Origin: Octopus vulgaris
Lineage: Eukaryota
NCBI GenBank assembly: GCA_951406725.2
Contig: OX597815.1
Location: forward strand, 138,260,001 to 138,324,000
Reading direction: 5' to 3'
DNA length: 64,000 nucleotides
Part shown: in pieces, positions 26,787 to 39,725 of the stretch
Numbering within the stretch: the stretch's first letter is position 1
Layout of the letters: every line of letters begins with the position of its first letter
Made by a program: the position numbers and the translations under genes
Notes under the pieces: model-generated
What the model saw: only the letters and a program-made list of their open reading frames with translations
Database searches by the model: none
Told to the model about the DNA's origin: nothing

Positions 26787-27036
26787 GCAAGTATAGATGG
26801 GCTGGACACGTCGCCCGGCTCACCGATAATCGGTGGAAGCACGCAGTTGTTGAGTGGTATCCGCGTGAGCGGAAAAGACCACCCGGAAGACCTCCACGAC
26901 GGTGGAGTGACGATTTCAAGAGGACGATTGGGATCACGTGGATGAGAAAGGCGCGATCCAGGGAGGAGTGGACAGCGTGCTGTGACCAGCGGTGTCAAAT
27001 GGACGCCTGACGGACTGGTCCGTCAAAGTCAAAGTC
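26787..27036 (+). mobile_element. Young 5'-truncated RTE LINE 3' end
   Basis: Uninterrupted KYRWAGHVARLTDNRW..VEWYPRERKRPPGRPPRRWSDD..WMRKARSREEW..CDQRC*; (CAAAGT)n tail; 13-bp TSD ATATATGTATGTA at 26774-26786 and 27037-27049. Confidence 0.93.
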
Positions 27037-27414
27037 ATATATGTATGTATTGTAGTAGAGAGTCATATATATGTTATGGTGGAGAGTCATTTTGCCAATA
27101 TAAACATACACATTGTATTTCACTATTGTTTATTAGTAACAATCAAATAATTAACTACTTAATTGTTTAACTAACCACGTGTTTGGTCAGTGATTTGGTC
27201 AATCAATTTGTGGGTTTGTCAAAGTCTTTCCATTGAACTCTATCGATGGTTTACTCTCCTCTGCTTTTCTTCCTCAACAGAAAAAATCAAGCGATTCCAT
27301 TGCTTTACTGACAAGCATTGGCCTTCTCTAATTTTCAATTACTTTCTTTACCTACTCAGCATCTCTTACTAATTAATTGATATTTCTTAGAATTTGAATC
27401 ATTTCACAATAATG

Positions 27415-27603
27415 GTTACAAATTTTGGCATATTTGTATGAGTCAGCGGTTTATGAGTGGAGAAGGAAGTCGATTGCATCAGCCCTAGTGCTTGCTTATT
27501 TTATCGAACTTGAAGCAAAGCAAACCTCGGCGGAAACGTAAAGACAGACGAAATATTGCTAAGCATTTTGTCCTGCATGCTAACAGTTCTGCCAGCTCGC
27601 CCA
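27415..27603 (-). mobile_element. Nin-type SINE
   Basis: ...GCTAACAGTTCTGCCAGCTCGCC is the reverse complement of the SINE head. Confidence 0.8.
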
Positions 27604-28710
27604 CTCAATCTCTTTACAATAATAAAACAACATGGCTTTTATTATAGAAATCTTCTGAAATTGTAAGTTACCAGCTTAACATTATTTTCATAAAATGTAA
27701 TTTTTCATCTTTCACTACTTAACAATTGAATGGAAAATTATCACAGCTGTTTGAATAATGTGCTCAGTAGATCCCTCAGTCTCAATCAAAACCAATTTTG
27801 TTATAAATTTGAATCTGCTTTTAATTTTGAGCACCCCATCATTTGAATTTTGTTTGCTATTCCTTAAAATTGCTTTTGTGAAAAATATGTAGCTCCGAAA
27901 CGTACTCGACTTTTAATTTATTTTAAAGCAAAGGTGTTCAGATGAAATCTCTAAAATCGGATGAAAACTGGGCATACATTTCTTTTTAGAGATTTCGGTA
28001 GTTTAACGCAGCATAGGCAAACCTTTCTCATATACATCACAAGATTTAAAGTATTCTCATCTTTAGATGTTTCTTTTGAATATTTGCATATCATATTTCT
28101 GTCTAGACTTATGTTATAAATAGATTTAAATTTATTATTGTCCACTTAAGGAGTTTCTTTTCCTGCTGATGATCATCTCTTAATGTATTATAGCAATCTT
28201 TACAAATATCAGAGTTATAATAACGCTAAATTAGTTGTTTTATACATATTTCAACCAACAAGCATGTATAAGAATTTGACCAATGACAAGAATGGGAAGT
28301 TCCAATGAAAAAAATACTCAATCTTCCTATATAAAATATTTTTCTTATATTTTTATTAAATATAAAGTGATAATATATCTAATAGAAATAAGTTTCGAAC
28401 TAAATTTGACGTATCAGCCATTTTAGTGACTTACAAAATATATTGAAACATCTATTTATCTTTATATTGTGAAAATAGAGTTGAAAATATTTTGTATTCT
28501 ATCTGTTTTAATATAATGTTTACTTTCCAAATTTGTTTATAAAACGCTTTTCACGTAGATGGAAAAAAACTCCAATAAAATGAAAATCTAAATATTACTA
28601 TTATGAATATAAACTGCAATATAAGTCATTTTAAGCTGAAATACTATTTTCTTTGTGAGGTGTACTGAAAGTCTTGTAAAAAATACATATATAGTAAAAG
28701 CTAAGTGCTC

Positions 28711-29087
28711 AAGGAATGAGAATTGTGTAATACAGAATAATGAATACACCAAATTTATAAATACATGAATTTCATAAGTATTTAAAAAAAATTATTTATA
28801 TTTCATGAAATGAAAAATATTTGTAAAGAACTTTCTTCATATTAAATTGTTTAGTTTAGTGATTTTATTTTATTTTATTTACTATCATAACTTAGCAGAA
28901 TGTAATCAGAATATTATTTTAAAAAATAGTGGAGAAGGGAAATGATGGTCGTAATGTTCACAAAGCATCATCATCTTTGGTGGAATAAGTGGAGTGGAAT
29001 TGTTATTGGGAATTGAAAACAAACGCATAACTCTTCAGTTCAATAGCGAAACACTTGTTATTATCTCAATCCTCGAGTACCTGACGA
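28711..29087 (+). repeat. Copy 2 of ~370-bp direct duplication
   Basis: Near-identical to 24262-24627, with a small indel. Confidence 0.95.
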
Positions 29088-29489
29088 TATAGATTCTATA
29101 CTCTGAAACATTAATTGTTTTGCTACTAAGCTGTTACACAAGGTAAGATGTGCATGAGTAACTTTAGTGTGTTGGCATTTGAAGGAATTATTAAACAAGA
29201 AACAAAAGCCTTTTAAGAATATTTTGGAGTGAGTACATTTCTAAAGACTATTCTTAAGGAGTTGTAAGTTTTATTCAATAACAATAAATAACCTTAGAGA
29301 TTTAATCATAAGATCAAATATAAAAGAATGAGTGTTTTCTTGCAGATGTAAAAAGCTTTAGCTATTTACCAATCTGATGTTTTAGGTTCTGGAGAATAAA
29401 TATAGATTAGAAGACTTTTTCTGATTACTAGTGGCATACGAGTTTTAGACACCAAAACATGAAAGTTTTATATTATTTCTATCTCAACG

Positions 29490-29690
29490 AATGGTACAAG
29501 GTTACGAATTGTAAAAGAGTGATTTGTGCGAATGGTTTAAGTCCAGTACATGGCCGTTGTTTAATTTAAAGGCGACAGGAAATGAATAACTGCAGAGTCA
29601 TTTGACCTCAGAACGTCAAGCGAAGTAACTGAATGCCATAAGGTATTTTTAGTCAGTGTTCTAATATTTCTCTCATTCTATTGTTTTCTA
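29490..29690 (-). mobile_element. Highly degraded SINE
   Basis: TTTGACCTCAGAACGT..GCCATAAGGTATTTT..TCTAAT resembles the reverse complement of the SINE head. Confidence 0.4.
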
Positions 29691-32600
29691 GATTTAAAAT
29701 ACTGAATACGCTTTACTGATTGATATCCTTTTCTTACTATGCCTTTCAAATAGTTTAGTATAAAACCACCTCATGAAACTGACTGCAAAATTGCGCCGAG
29801 GAGAATGTACAGAATCTAAAGATTCTAAAAGTGTAATGTTCTTACATAATAATATAAGCTTCATCTAGACTATTATTATCCTAACTATCTGAGTTTATAT
29901 TATTTTCTTGGTTGCTGCACTTAGATTTCTTAGCTGAAAACAGAAAAATGTGAATTTGACTTACTATATTAAAAGAGAACATTTACTTAATTTTAACATT
30001 CGATTATACCGGACATTCTACATAAATTTTATGGTAAAATCTATGAAATTAATATGATCATTATTTAGATTATAGTTTAGATAAAACTATAATCGAATGA
30101 AAACTTAATATTAACAGTAGCTAGATGAACGCATACACATTTTCTGTAGATTATATCTTAAACATTATTAAATACAGCACTACCAATGTCTAATGGTGAA
30201 TGAAACTTAAAAACAATTTCAATTGAAAAATAAAAATTACAACTTTGATCTAAATTAAGGGAAGTTTGACAGTTCTTGAATTCTCTCGCAGATAGAAATC
30301 GGTCTATAATTGGATTCAGAATTATTTTCGTAAATAGTTTTTATAGACGCCAAACACCGAGTGAGAATCAATAAAAAAGGAAAACAAACATTATTATGAA
30401 AGCACTGTTAACATTTGCTTCTGACATTTAGTATTAAGAAAAAAATGATCCAATTAATTTCCTACAAAACGCAAAAAGTGAACAAGACGCAAGAAATTGA
30501 TTCTTATTAGGAAATTATATTTCAAGTGATTAAATATTCACATTAGTTCAAAACTGTTGATGTTTGATTAATAGAAATGTTCTTAATATAAAAATAATTT
30601 ACTCAAATCCCCTTTGGTCAAAATGATAATAAATTTTTTTAGAGTAACAAAAATGAAAGAAGTGACAAAAATGAACTCAATTTCACGTCACATTATTAAA
30701 CATAAATTCCATGTCTGAAATATCACAGAACCACGTCCAATCTTAAAATTCTATCTTCTAAGATTTCTTATCAACAAATTCATCTGGGGAAGTTCTAAGA
30801 ATTATGGAGAATAATGCTCATTTGCTTACATTCATGCGCACTGGCATAAGTATATGCATGTATACATACATATATATACACTACTCTTTACATATTTACT
30901 TCAGTGATATCATTGATTGAAAAAATCTGAACCTGCAGCATTTAACCCACGATATAGTATTTGCTTTGCATACGTCATTCAGTGCATCGCAACGTATAAT
31001 AATTATTTAAGTTTATGCTCTCGGTTCACTTAAATATTTCCTTTCGTTTTTTTTTTGTAAATATAGAAACATTCTTATAAATACACTTTCTCTTAAACTC
31101 ATATGATCACTGTTGCTACATTGCTATATGATTGTAATAATGCCGACCTGATATCTATATATTGATAGATCAATACACCTCTAAATAATCGATTGTATCA
31201 CGGAAATAATTACAAAATATTGTTATTGTGACACTCTAAAATAATTGCAAAATGTTATTACTGGTTGACGACGAAGTTGTGGTCATCTTGTTTTTGAGCA
31301 TATTTCAAACTGAATTGTATGTGTACAATTTTTTAAAATTTTGTGGATGTTTGTTATTTCTTGCAGGCCAAAGGGGTTATTTCTTAGCTCATTATAATAG
31401 GTTTATTACAAGTGAGAAAACAGTGTATGTAGCTTTTAGGTCCTCCAAGTCTAAGGGAGGGAAATAATTAGGAACATAATTGCAATAAATGCTTAGATTA
31501 AATACTTTTAAGTAATGGATTGAGAGAAAATGACAAGAATTAACGGCGTTCTCAGAGAAACGAAACCGAAAGATTAAATAGATGGATGGCTAATATACAT
31601 TGATTTAGATGATAACTATGTTAGCAAGATAAAAATATTGCTGCAACGGTAGAATACTCCTCAACGGTGTATCTAATAATTCAATGTGTTTGTGAGTGTG
31701 AGTGGGGTATTATAGGGAGCATGAGCATTTTATTCTTGTTTCTAAAAAGTACATAAAGAGTTTTGTTTGGTAATATAAGTTTTGACGATCACCATAAGCA
31801 AAAATATATCTTTTCCATTTAATTAGATCAATGAATAGAAAAAGCAATATTCACAAGATCATCTTACTTTGAAGAGTAGCGAACCATTAAGACTAGCTGG
31901 TTTCCACCGTAGAGCAATTCTAAGACAACACATTACCAAAAACTTTTAATATCTACTCTAAGAATCATGTAATTTGGCGAACTATCCTTGTAAAGAGAAA
32001 ATTTCTATTTTCTTTCATTACAGTTCTATAAATATTACAGAGAATATTTCTTATGTAAAGCACATTTTATAGAAATAATGAAACAACTGGAATCACTTTT
32101 CCCTTCTCAACTATCAGTATGGGTCCACAAACAATGGCCCACACTTAAATGAAGAATAAGAAACTAGATTTTCAACACCTTTGTTTATATTGAGTACAAT
32201 ACTCACATTGACAAAGTTTTATATTGGCGCGTCATTCACAGCTCCAGGAAAATTTCGATCGGTTTGAAAAGGAACTAAATGTTTGTGCGGAAGTCTTGGC
32301 CATTAGTGATATGTGTTTTTGCAATCATCAAACATTTTATACACCGTGTATTTGTAGGGTGTGTGATAGCTAAATCTGAGTGCCCTTTTAACTAATAACC
32401 TTATGATGTAATAAATAATGTCAGGATACGAAATTAAAATAAGACGCAAACTATACAAATACGCCATTATAATTTGCTAGCTAACACCGTGTTTTTTAAG
32501 CGAACATTGATTAGGTATAAGAAAGTGTTCATAATATCTGGACACAAAAAAAGAAGAAAATTTGTTTTTCACATTACAAATAACCTATGTAAATATTGAA

Positions 32601-33077
32601 TATGATGAGTTAAATTTGCCTTGTTGACATTAATTCAATGTTAATATCAGACTATACGGCATATAAACACCATTGCGATACTGCTTTATTCACTTTTGCT
32701 TTCAAGAAAAACATTGAGATCAAATGATTAAAATTGTATTGATCTCTTTCAAACTGATGATCGGACCGACTGTCTAAAGAGGAATTTAAATTTCCTGTTA
32801 TATATATTTTCCCCCAAAAATCAATATATTAATTTTTACAAAGAACAAGAATATAAAGTATGCTGATAAGTTCGTTGATCATTAATCATTCTAAAAGATA
32901 AAAAAGATTATAGTAATTTTAACACTAAGTATGGTTGGTGACCTTTTATTCTAAACAATAAAGGTAAGTTATCTCATGCCACTTAATGTTATATATCTAT
33001 ACGTTTATATATATATATATATATATATTTACTATATATATATATATTTACTGTGTATACACACACGCATATTTTTA

Positions 33078-36000
33078 AAATTTCAGTTTCAGTTCAAAGT
33101 TGTGGCCATGCTAGGGCACCTCCGTTTTGCTACACTGTTATTATTGAGAGCTTCCTCTATGTAGCATTTGGTGAATAAAGGAGTTTGATGTCGCTGCCAT
33201 TATTTGCGCTTCCTCCTGCGCGGTAGGTTCATTTGGGACTCCCAACAGGAAAAGTTCCAGTTTTGTTTTGAAAACACCTACATCCACTTTATTTAAGTCC
33301 CTTAGGATCTTTGAGAGAATATTAAAAAGCTATTGTGGGTCCTTGAAACCCGGACTGTTGCAGTAACTGGTCCTGAAGCGTGACGGCATTGTTGGGATAT
33401 TTGGCATTGTGCAGTGGTGACTCGTTCTGGCATTTGTGTAGCTTTCAATACCAAAACTTGGTGCAATCCCTTCCAGGATCTTCCAGATATATATTACTGC
33501 ATATCTCTCTCGCCTTCGCTCCAAAGTGTAGAGTCCTAGCTGTTTCAGCCTTTACCAGTAGTAGTTGCAATGAGACAATCTTCTTTGGGAAGCTTCCCTG
33601 GATTGCTTTAAGGTCACTGTGGGGTGACCAAAGTTGAGAGCAGTAGTCAAGGCGGTTGAGGATGAATGTCCTCCAGAGGACCATTATGGCTTCCTTCTCT
33701 CTGGTTCTGAAGGTTCTCAGGATCCAGTCAGCCAGCAGTCTGCACTTTGTCACCATCTTGGTAATGCGCACTTGGAAAGAAGTAGCATCACTCATGTCGA
33801 TACTCAAGTCACGCACTGATTTAGGTTCTGAGATTGTAATCTCCCCTGGACCAGTGTACCCTGTAAGCTTTTCATCCAGTTTTAGGCGCTGGTAGCGCAG
33901 GGCTTGGAATTTTCCAGCATTAAAATGCATATTATTGTCCTCATTCCATCTGTAAATTGCGTCCAACACTTGCTGTAGGAGTGCAACATCGCTAGGGTTT
34001 TGTATTTTCTGCGAGACTTTCGTATCATCTGGTTAGCAAGCAAGAGTGGCTATCCGGGCAGCTGAGGGTATATCTGAGAGGGCTACTATGAAAAGCAGTG
34101 GTCCCAAGAGAGTGTCCTGTGAAACACCACTCACTATTTGTGTTTTCTTTGAGGTGGCCACCCCTGACTGACTTCTATCTTTCAGAAAGTCATGTAACGA
34201 CTCTCTAAGTTTTCCAGTTATACCATGGTCACACAGTTTGCCGCATATCATATTATGATCAAATTTATCAAAAGCTTTTGCAGAGTCAAGGCACATTACG
34301 TCAACATTTGAGTTGTCGAGTAACTGCCTAAACACCCAGTCATAGTGCTGTAGGAGCTGGGTCAGGCAGCTTTTACTTGGTCGAAAACCAAGTAAAAGCA
34401 AATCGTTTTATTCAAGGAATGCAATTAGTTTCCCTTTGACTATTCGTTCTATGACTTTACTGATGGGTGACGTCAGAGAGATAGACTTACAACTTTTGGC
34501 ATCTGCTCTACTTCCTCCTTTATGGATTGAGCATATTATTCCCTCCTTCAGTTTGTTTGGCAGCTTGTAAGAAAACTCTGGAAGAGAATATCTAGTGCTT
34601 TCGCCCGGGCACGTTTACACGATTTGAGGAGGATCGCCGGGAAACCATCAGGGCAAGCAGTTGAGTTTGCGTTCACTAGTATTACATATTCTTCACCAAT
34701 GTAGATATAATCCATCGTAACTACCTCGTTGGTTATAGATGAGGTGGCAAAGAAATCCACTGGTTCGTTCACTTGTCTGTGTTCCAACAGGGTGGTAAAG
34801 ACACTTTTGAACTGGTCATTCAGTAACTCACTGATCCTGGTTGGGTTATCTGTGAGGGAGGTATCCTTCTGGAAGAGAGATCCTATTTTTCAGCGTACTG
34901 AGCTTATTCCTTTGACATAATGAAAGAAGACTGTTGGATTTGACTTTATGTTTTTTATAACCCAGGCGTCTTTGTTTGCTCTCTCAACAAGTTTTTTGCA
35001 AGCTTTTTTCAATCTCCATCTGTGTTGTTTTTAGGCGAGACCTTTCACTACTTTTGGGATGTTGGTCGAAGTGATTTGCAACCTTCGTCCGTCGTCTCAT
35101 GAGGATCTTCCTCTCCCTTGGAATCTTGTTCCTTTTTGTGTTTGCCTTGTGCTCTGGGACATATTTCTAGCATAGACATGAAATATTCTAGTTTCATGCT
35201 ATTGTTTGGTGTGGAGAGACATTTCGACTAGTCCTGTCTGAGGATCTCTTTTTGGATCGATTTCCAGTCTGCTTTGTGGAAGTTCAGATTGGAGAGATTT
35301 TGAGTGCTTCCTTTAGGCTGTATGTCTCCGACTACTTTTGGTCCATACACAGACAGCTATATTATGTTGTGATCCGAAACTAATGTTGGTGTCACTTTCA
35401 CATTATGAACGATGTCCATATTGTTTATGAAGCAGAGATACACAATGTTATTTGTCCTGGTTGGTCGGAGCACAATTTGCTCCATGAATAGGACATTGAT
35501 GAGGTTGAGCAGGGAATTCTCCTGTGCTTGTTTGCAATGAGTCATTCCTGAGAGCATGAGGCCCTCTGGCCATTTGATAGTGGGGAAGTGGAAATCACTC
35601 ATAAGAAACATACTCACGTGATGTTCAGTTTCATGAGGGTTTATTTTATTTTTGTAAGGCAATCTTCAAAGTCGCCCTTGTGGTTTGGAGCAGCCATCGG
35701 GTGGGCGATATGTGTTGCATATGTTGTTTTATCTATACAACTTGAGTATCACATACTAAATTTGAGTAGGGCCTGGGACGTGAGGACCTCATAGATGTAT
35801 ACAGCAATTCCACCATGGCTCATTCCCCTTCTGTCCGTTCGCAGTACGGTACATTTTGGTACGTGTACTTCTGCATCCTCTATGTCAGGCCTACGATGAG
35901 TTTCCACGAGTCTTATCGGTAGGAATTGAATGCATGCAGCAAGGTCTTTCAGGAAAAAGATTTTGCTGTTGTTGTTGGGATGTAACAGGCTAACAGGCTT

Positions 36001-36750
36001 CCAATATTTAGTAAAAATATCGGCGTGACGACTGTGCTGGCGTTAGGGGAGGTCATCCTGTTGATTGTGGTGGTCTTGCGCAGTGGTGGGAAATTCCGTG
36101 TTTGTGCTTCATGTAGCCAGTTCTGCTGCTGTACAATCTTTTGCGCCATGCACAAAAGAGACTCTTGATCAGCTGCTGCCTTTTGTATCACATCTGAAGA
36201 GCGCACTGCATCTGCATCCTTTCTCTTTGGAGAGGTTTGGTGCCTCTCCTCTGGGAAGTATTTCTCTTTAAGGTCCTTGCAGTTTTGGTGAGCTCTCGGG
36301 TGAGCAAATCGGTAGTTTCTACGTCTTCCCCATGCCAACATTCGCCTTGCAGGTAAAATTTGCATGTCCTTCTCGCCTTAACTCCAAATTTTTCTCTTCT
36401 CTAGAGGTGGGGATTCCATTGGAAGCTCCATATTTGGGTTGTTTTTTGCTTGGGGGTTTTGGGCTTGGGTTTTAGTTTTAGTTATTTCTTCATTTCCTTT
36501 TCCTTTTCCTTCCTCTCCTTTTTCTTTTTTATGTTTTCTCCTGTGGTCTTTCCTTCCTTTACTGGTGGTAGCTCTTACATTCCCCTGGTTGTTCACAAGG
36601 GTGGGGGCTCCATTCTTTTGTGGGACCACCGGATCAGAGGGACTTCTGGTTGTTGATCCATCTTCCCTCTCCTTATTAGCCTTGCCACAGTTGTTTTCCA
36701 TGATAGCGTCAGGAGTGTCAATGGGTGGTCTAATAAGGCCATAGGATCGG
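33078..36750 (-). mobile_element. Near full-length CR1-group LINE (ORF1 remnant plus APE endonuclease/RT ORF2), pseudogenised
   Basis: Endonuclease motifs LLNIGSL, VETH, RTDR..GGIAVYI, SDFHFPTIKW, PTR..SDH. RT motifs CPDGFP, GFRPSKSCLTQLL, LDSAKAFDKFDH, SGVSQDTLLGPLLF, *PDDTK, LDYCSQLWSPH. Tail GGTGCCCTAGCATGGCCAC..(ACTGAA)2. Confidence 0.93.
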
Positions 36751-36934
36751 ATAAATTCATTTTTCTTCCGTTTTGCCTGTTCAGTGGTTCTACAGAAACT
36801 ATTGTTCTTCTGTGCAGCAGTAATGATGTTATTTGGAAGATCTCCACTAGCGATTGTCTAAGCTCCTAACAGAACTTTCAGGTCCTTCCTCCCCCACTTT
36901 GGTGACATCTTCGTTGTCTTAGCCCAGAGGGGGA

Positions 36935-37145
36935 TGGGGGAAGTTAGAATGGAAGTGAGAGAGACAGACAAGGGTAAAGAGGAGAGGTAGAAGGAGGTAG
37001 AGGAAGAGGAGAGAGAGACAGATCAAGGGGGAGAGAAGAGGGGAAAAGAAAATATGAAAGGGAGAGAGAGAGAAAGAGAGAGACAGAATGAGGTAAAGAG
37101 GAGGGAAAAGAGGAAGATATGAAAGAGAGAGAGAAAAACAGGGGG
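36935..37145. repeat. GA-rich polypurine tract (possibly LINE 5' UTR)
   Basis: Direct inspection; lies just upstream of the minus-strand LINE. Confidence 0.7.
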
Positions 37146-37304
37146 TATGGAACGAAAAGACCGCTGTAAGTGAGTGAGAAGTTACATGAAAAACGATACC
37201 AGGAAGAAAGAATAGGATTCGCGACGAATATTCTGCTATAAAGTTTTCAAGCAGAAGATTGTAAACAAAAGTAAACAATTTTACCATTAACGTCATCAAT
37301 TCGT

Positions 37305-37400
37305 TGGTCGTCGTTGTTGTTGCCGATGCTGCTGCTGCCCCTACTGTTGATGCTGCTGCTGTTGTCGCTGCTGTCGTTGTCGTTGGTGGTTGTCTTGTCG
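37305..37400. repeat. (GTT/GCT/GTC)n trinucleotide low-complexity tract
   Basis: Direct inspection. Confidence 0.8.
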
Positions 37401-37429
37401 TGGTGTCTTGGTGTTTGTTGTGTTACGCA

Positions 37430-38585
37430 CATTCTCACACACTTCTATGAACCTGGGTCTTTATCCTCTACTGTACAACATCCTGAAGAAATCTGTCCTC
37501 ACGTCGTCTTCTGCATCAGCCTCGTCAAATCTATTTATTCAGCAGTTGAGCTCATTAAGGCTACATTGTTTCAACGACTGTGGGTATGCTGAATCCGAAA
37601 GGAGTGAGATGTCTTTCTTCGCCTCTTTCTCGAAGAAGCGCATCGTGGCATGTCTCGATGTGGAGGATACGTTGCAGTCCAAGAGGCTCAGCGAGCTATT
37701 TGCGGCTAGGAGTCCAATGTTGAATTGGATGTTATGGAGGAGGTTGTTGAAGGCATTATGGATGCTGATCACCTCATTCCTGGATTTGGTTAAGATGAAA
37801 GCATCATCGACGTATCTTCGGTATAGGGCGATGTTTCCCCCTGCATGGAGTGCTTGGTGCTCTAGTTTGTCCAGGGTAAGGGTGGCCAGGACACCACTGA
37901 GTCTGGTTACCATTGGGAGGCCGCTGAATTGTCGATATGTAGTGTTTATGTACCGGAAGTATGTGTGTGTGTGTGTGTGTTGGCAGTGCAGGAATACAGG
38001 ATGAATTATAGGCCGGCTGGTAGGAAGTCTGTGGCTAACGTGTGGCCTCGCTCTAATCGCTCTAGTAGTATGATGTACATAGACTGTACGTCTAGGCTGA
38101 AGGCGTAGTTGTTGTTCGAGACTACTCTGGGTGAGAGCTTACGTAGCAGCTCCATGAGTTGTTAGCTGTTTTCAAGGTATGCTGGTATGTATGCTAACAG
38201 TGGCTTGAGAAGACATGCTATAAGCCATTCCATCTTCCGGAGTGGGGATCTTGTGCTGGCGACGATCGAGTGTACTTTGAGTTGCTTCATGTCGTTGGTT
38301 CCCTTGTGGGTTTTCATTAGGTAATAAAATCGTGGTATGCAGGAGCTGTATCCTAGTAAGCATCTATATGTGTGCGTGTTGAGATTCATGCTTCCGAATA
38401 TGTTCTTCCATAGGTCGTTGCATGTATTGGTTCTCAATCCCGCTCGTAATTCTATTCGCAGTTGTGTGCTCGCATGGGGTGTAAATATCGCCCTGGGAAA
38501 GGTGGGGCATAACAGCCTCGTTGTATGAGTCCCTGTCGATCATACAAAATTCTCTGCCTTTGTCTGAGGGTAGGAATGTGTAGTT
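37430..38585 (-). mobile_element. Penelope-like reverse transcriptase remnant
   Basis: IPRFYYLMKTHK, IVAST.SP, LKPLL..IPAYLENS, FSLDVQSMY, LYRRYVDDAF and LSLLD are Penelope RT motifs in order. Confidence 0.9.
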
Positions 38586-38588
38586 TTC

Positions 38589-38716
38589 TCCTTTACGAGA
38601 ATATCATTTATGTATGTATGTATGTATGTATGTATGTATGTATGTATGTATGTATGTATGTATGTATGTATGTATGTATGTATGTATGTATGTATGTGTG
38701 TATGTATGTATCTATA

Positions 38717-38759
<43 letters not shown>

Positions 38760-38897
38760 GTACATACACATATTTAAATACATTCACACACATATACACA
38801 CACAAGCGCACACACACAAGCGCACACACACTCGCATACACATATATATCTCTCTATATGTATATATATATATATATCTACATTTTATATATATATA
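38589..38897. repeat. (TATG)n, (TA)n and CA-rich compound microsatellite
   Basis: Direct inspection. Confidence 0.95.
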
Positions 38898-39514
38898 GGT
38901 AGACAATTCATATGCAGGCTAACTACTGTTTCATATACGAGATAAGCCCTATTGGAGGTATCTGGATTTCCTACATTTTGTTAGGTCTATCTGAGTAGCA
39001 AATTGAATCTTTACGATAGTTATAAGGTAAAGTCGTGTATATGTACGAAATGGAGTGTAAGAAAATGTGTCCAAGTATATTTCATGATAAACAATAAGTG
39101 TATGAGTCAATAAATTAGCTAGATTCTATCACAGGATATATATCTTTATCCAAATTTTAGATCTCATTTAAATAATTTTTAGCTGAAAGTTGTAGAATCT
39201 CACTCGACATATATAATATGAGTGAACCTAGCTAAATAATTATCACTGGATAACCATAGCAAGATATTTCGAAAAGTTATTCAACTTCTCTTCACGAACA
39301 CACTCTTCAAACAATAAGGGAACACATATAGTTCCAAACATTGGTAATATGTCGTACCATACTAGCCAACCTACATGAATATTATATAAATATATGTGTC
39401 CATTTGTGTAAAGATCGATCCTGGTCAGAATTTCCGATCATGAGTGTTATACAGAAACGCACATCAATATATGTCGATATATACTCAGACACTCCCACTC
39501 ACTCCCACAATGCT

Positions 39515-39612
39515 CACACACACATACATACTCTCTCTCTCTCTCTCACACACACACATATATACATGCATCTGCATATTTATGTGTATATATGGATATA
39601 CAGTATATACAC

Positions 39613-39694
<82 letters not shown>

Positions 39695-39725
39695 GTATGT
39701 GTGTGTATGTATTATGTATGTACAT
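39515..39725. repeat. Compound (CT)/(CA)/(TA)/(TG) microsatellite
   Basis: Direct inspection. Confidence 0.93.

Noticed and set aside
24262-29087. LTR retrotransposon interpretation of the direct repeats
   Set aside because: No TG..CA termini, TSD, PBS, PPT or internal gag/pol
37390-38004. 204-aa plus-strand ORF
   Set aside because: Antisense to the Penelope RT
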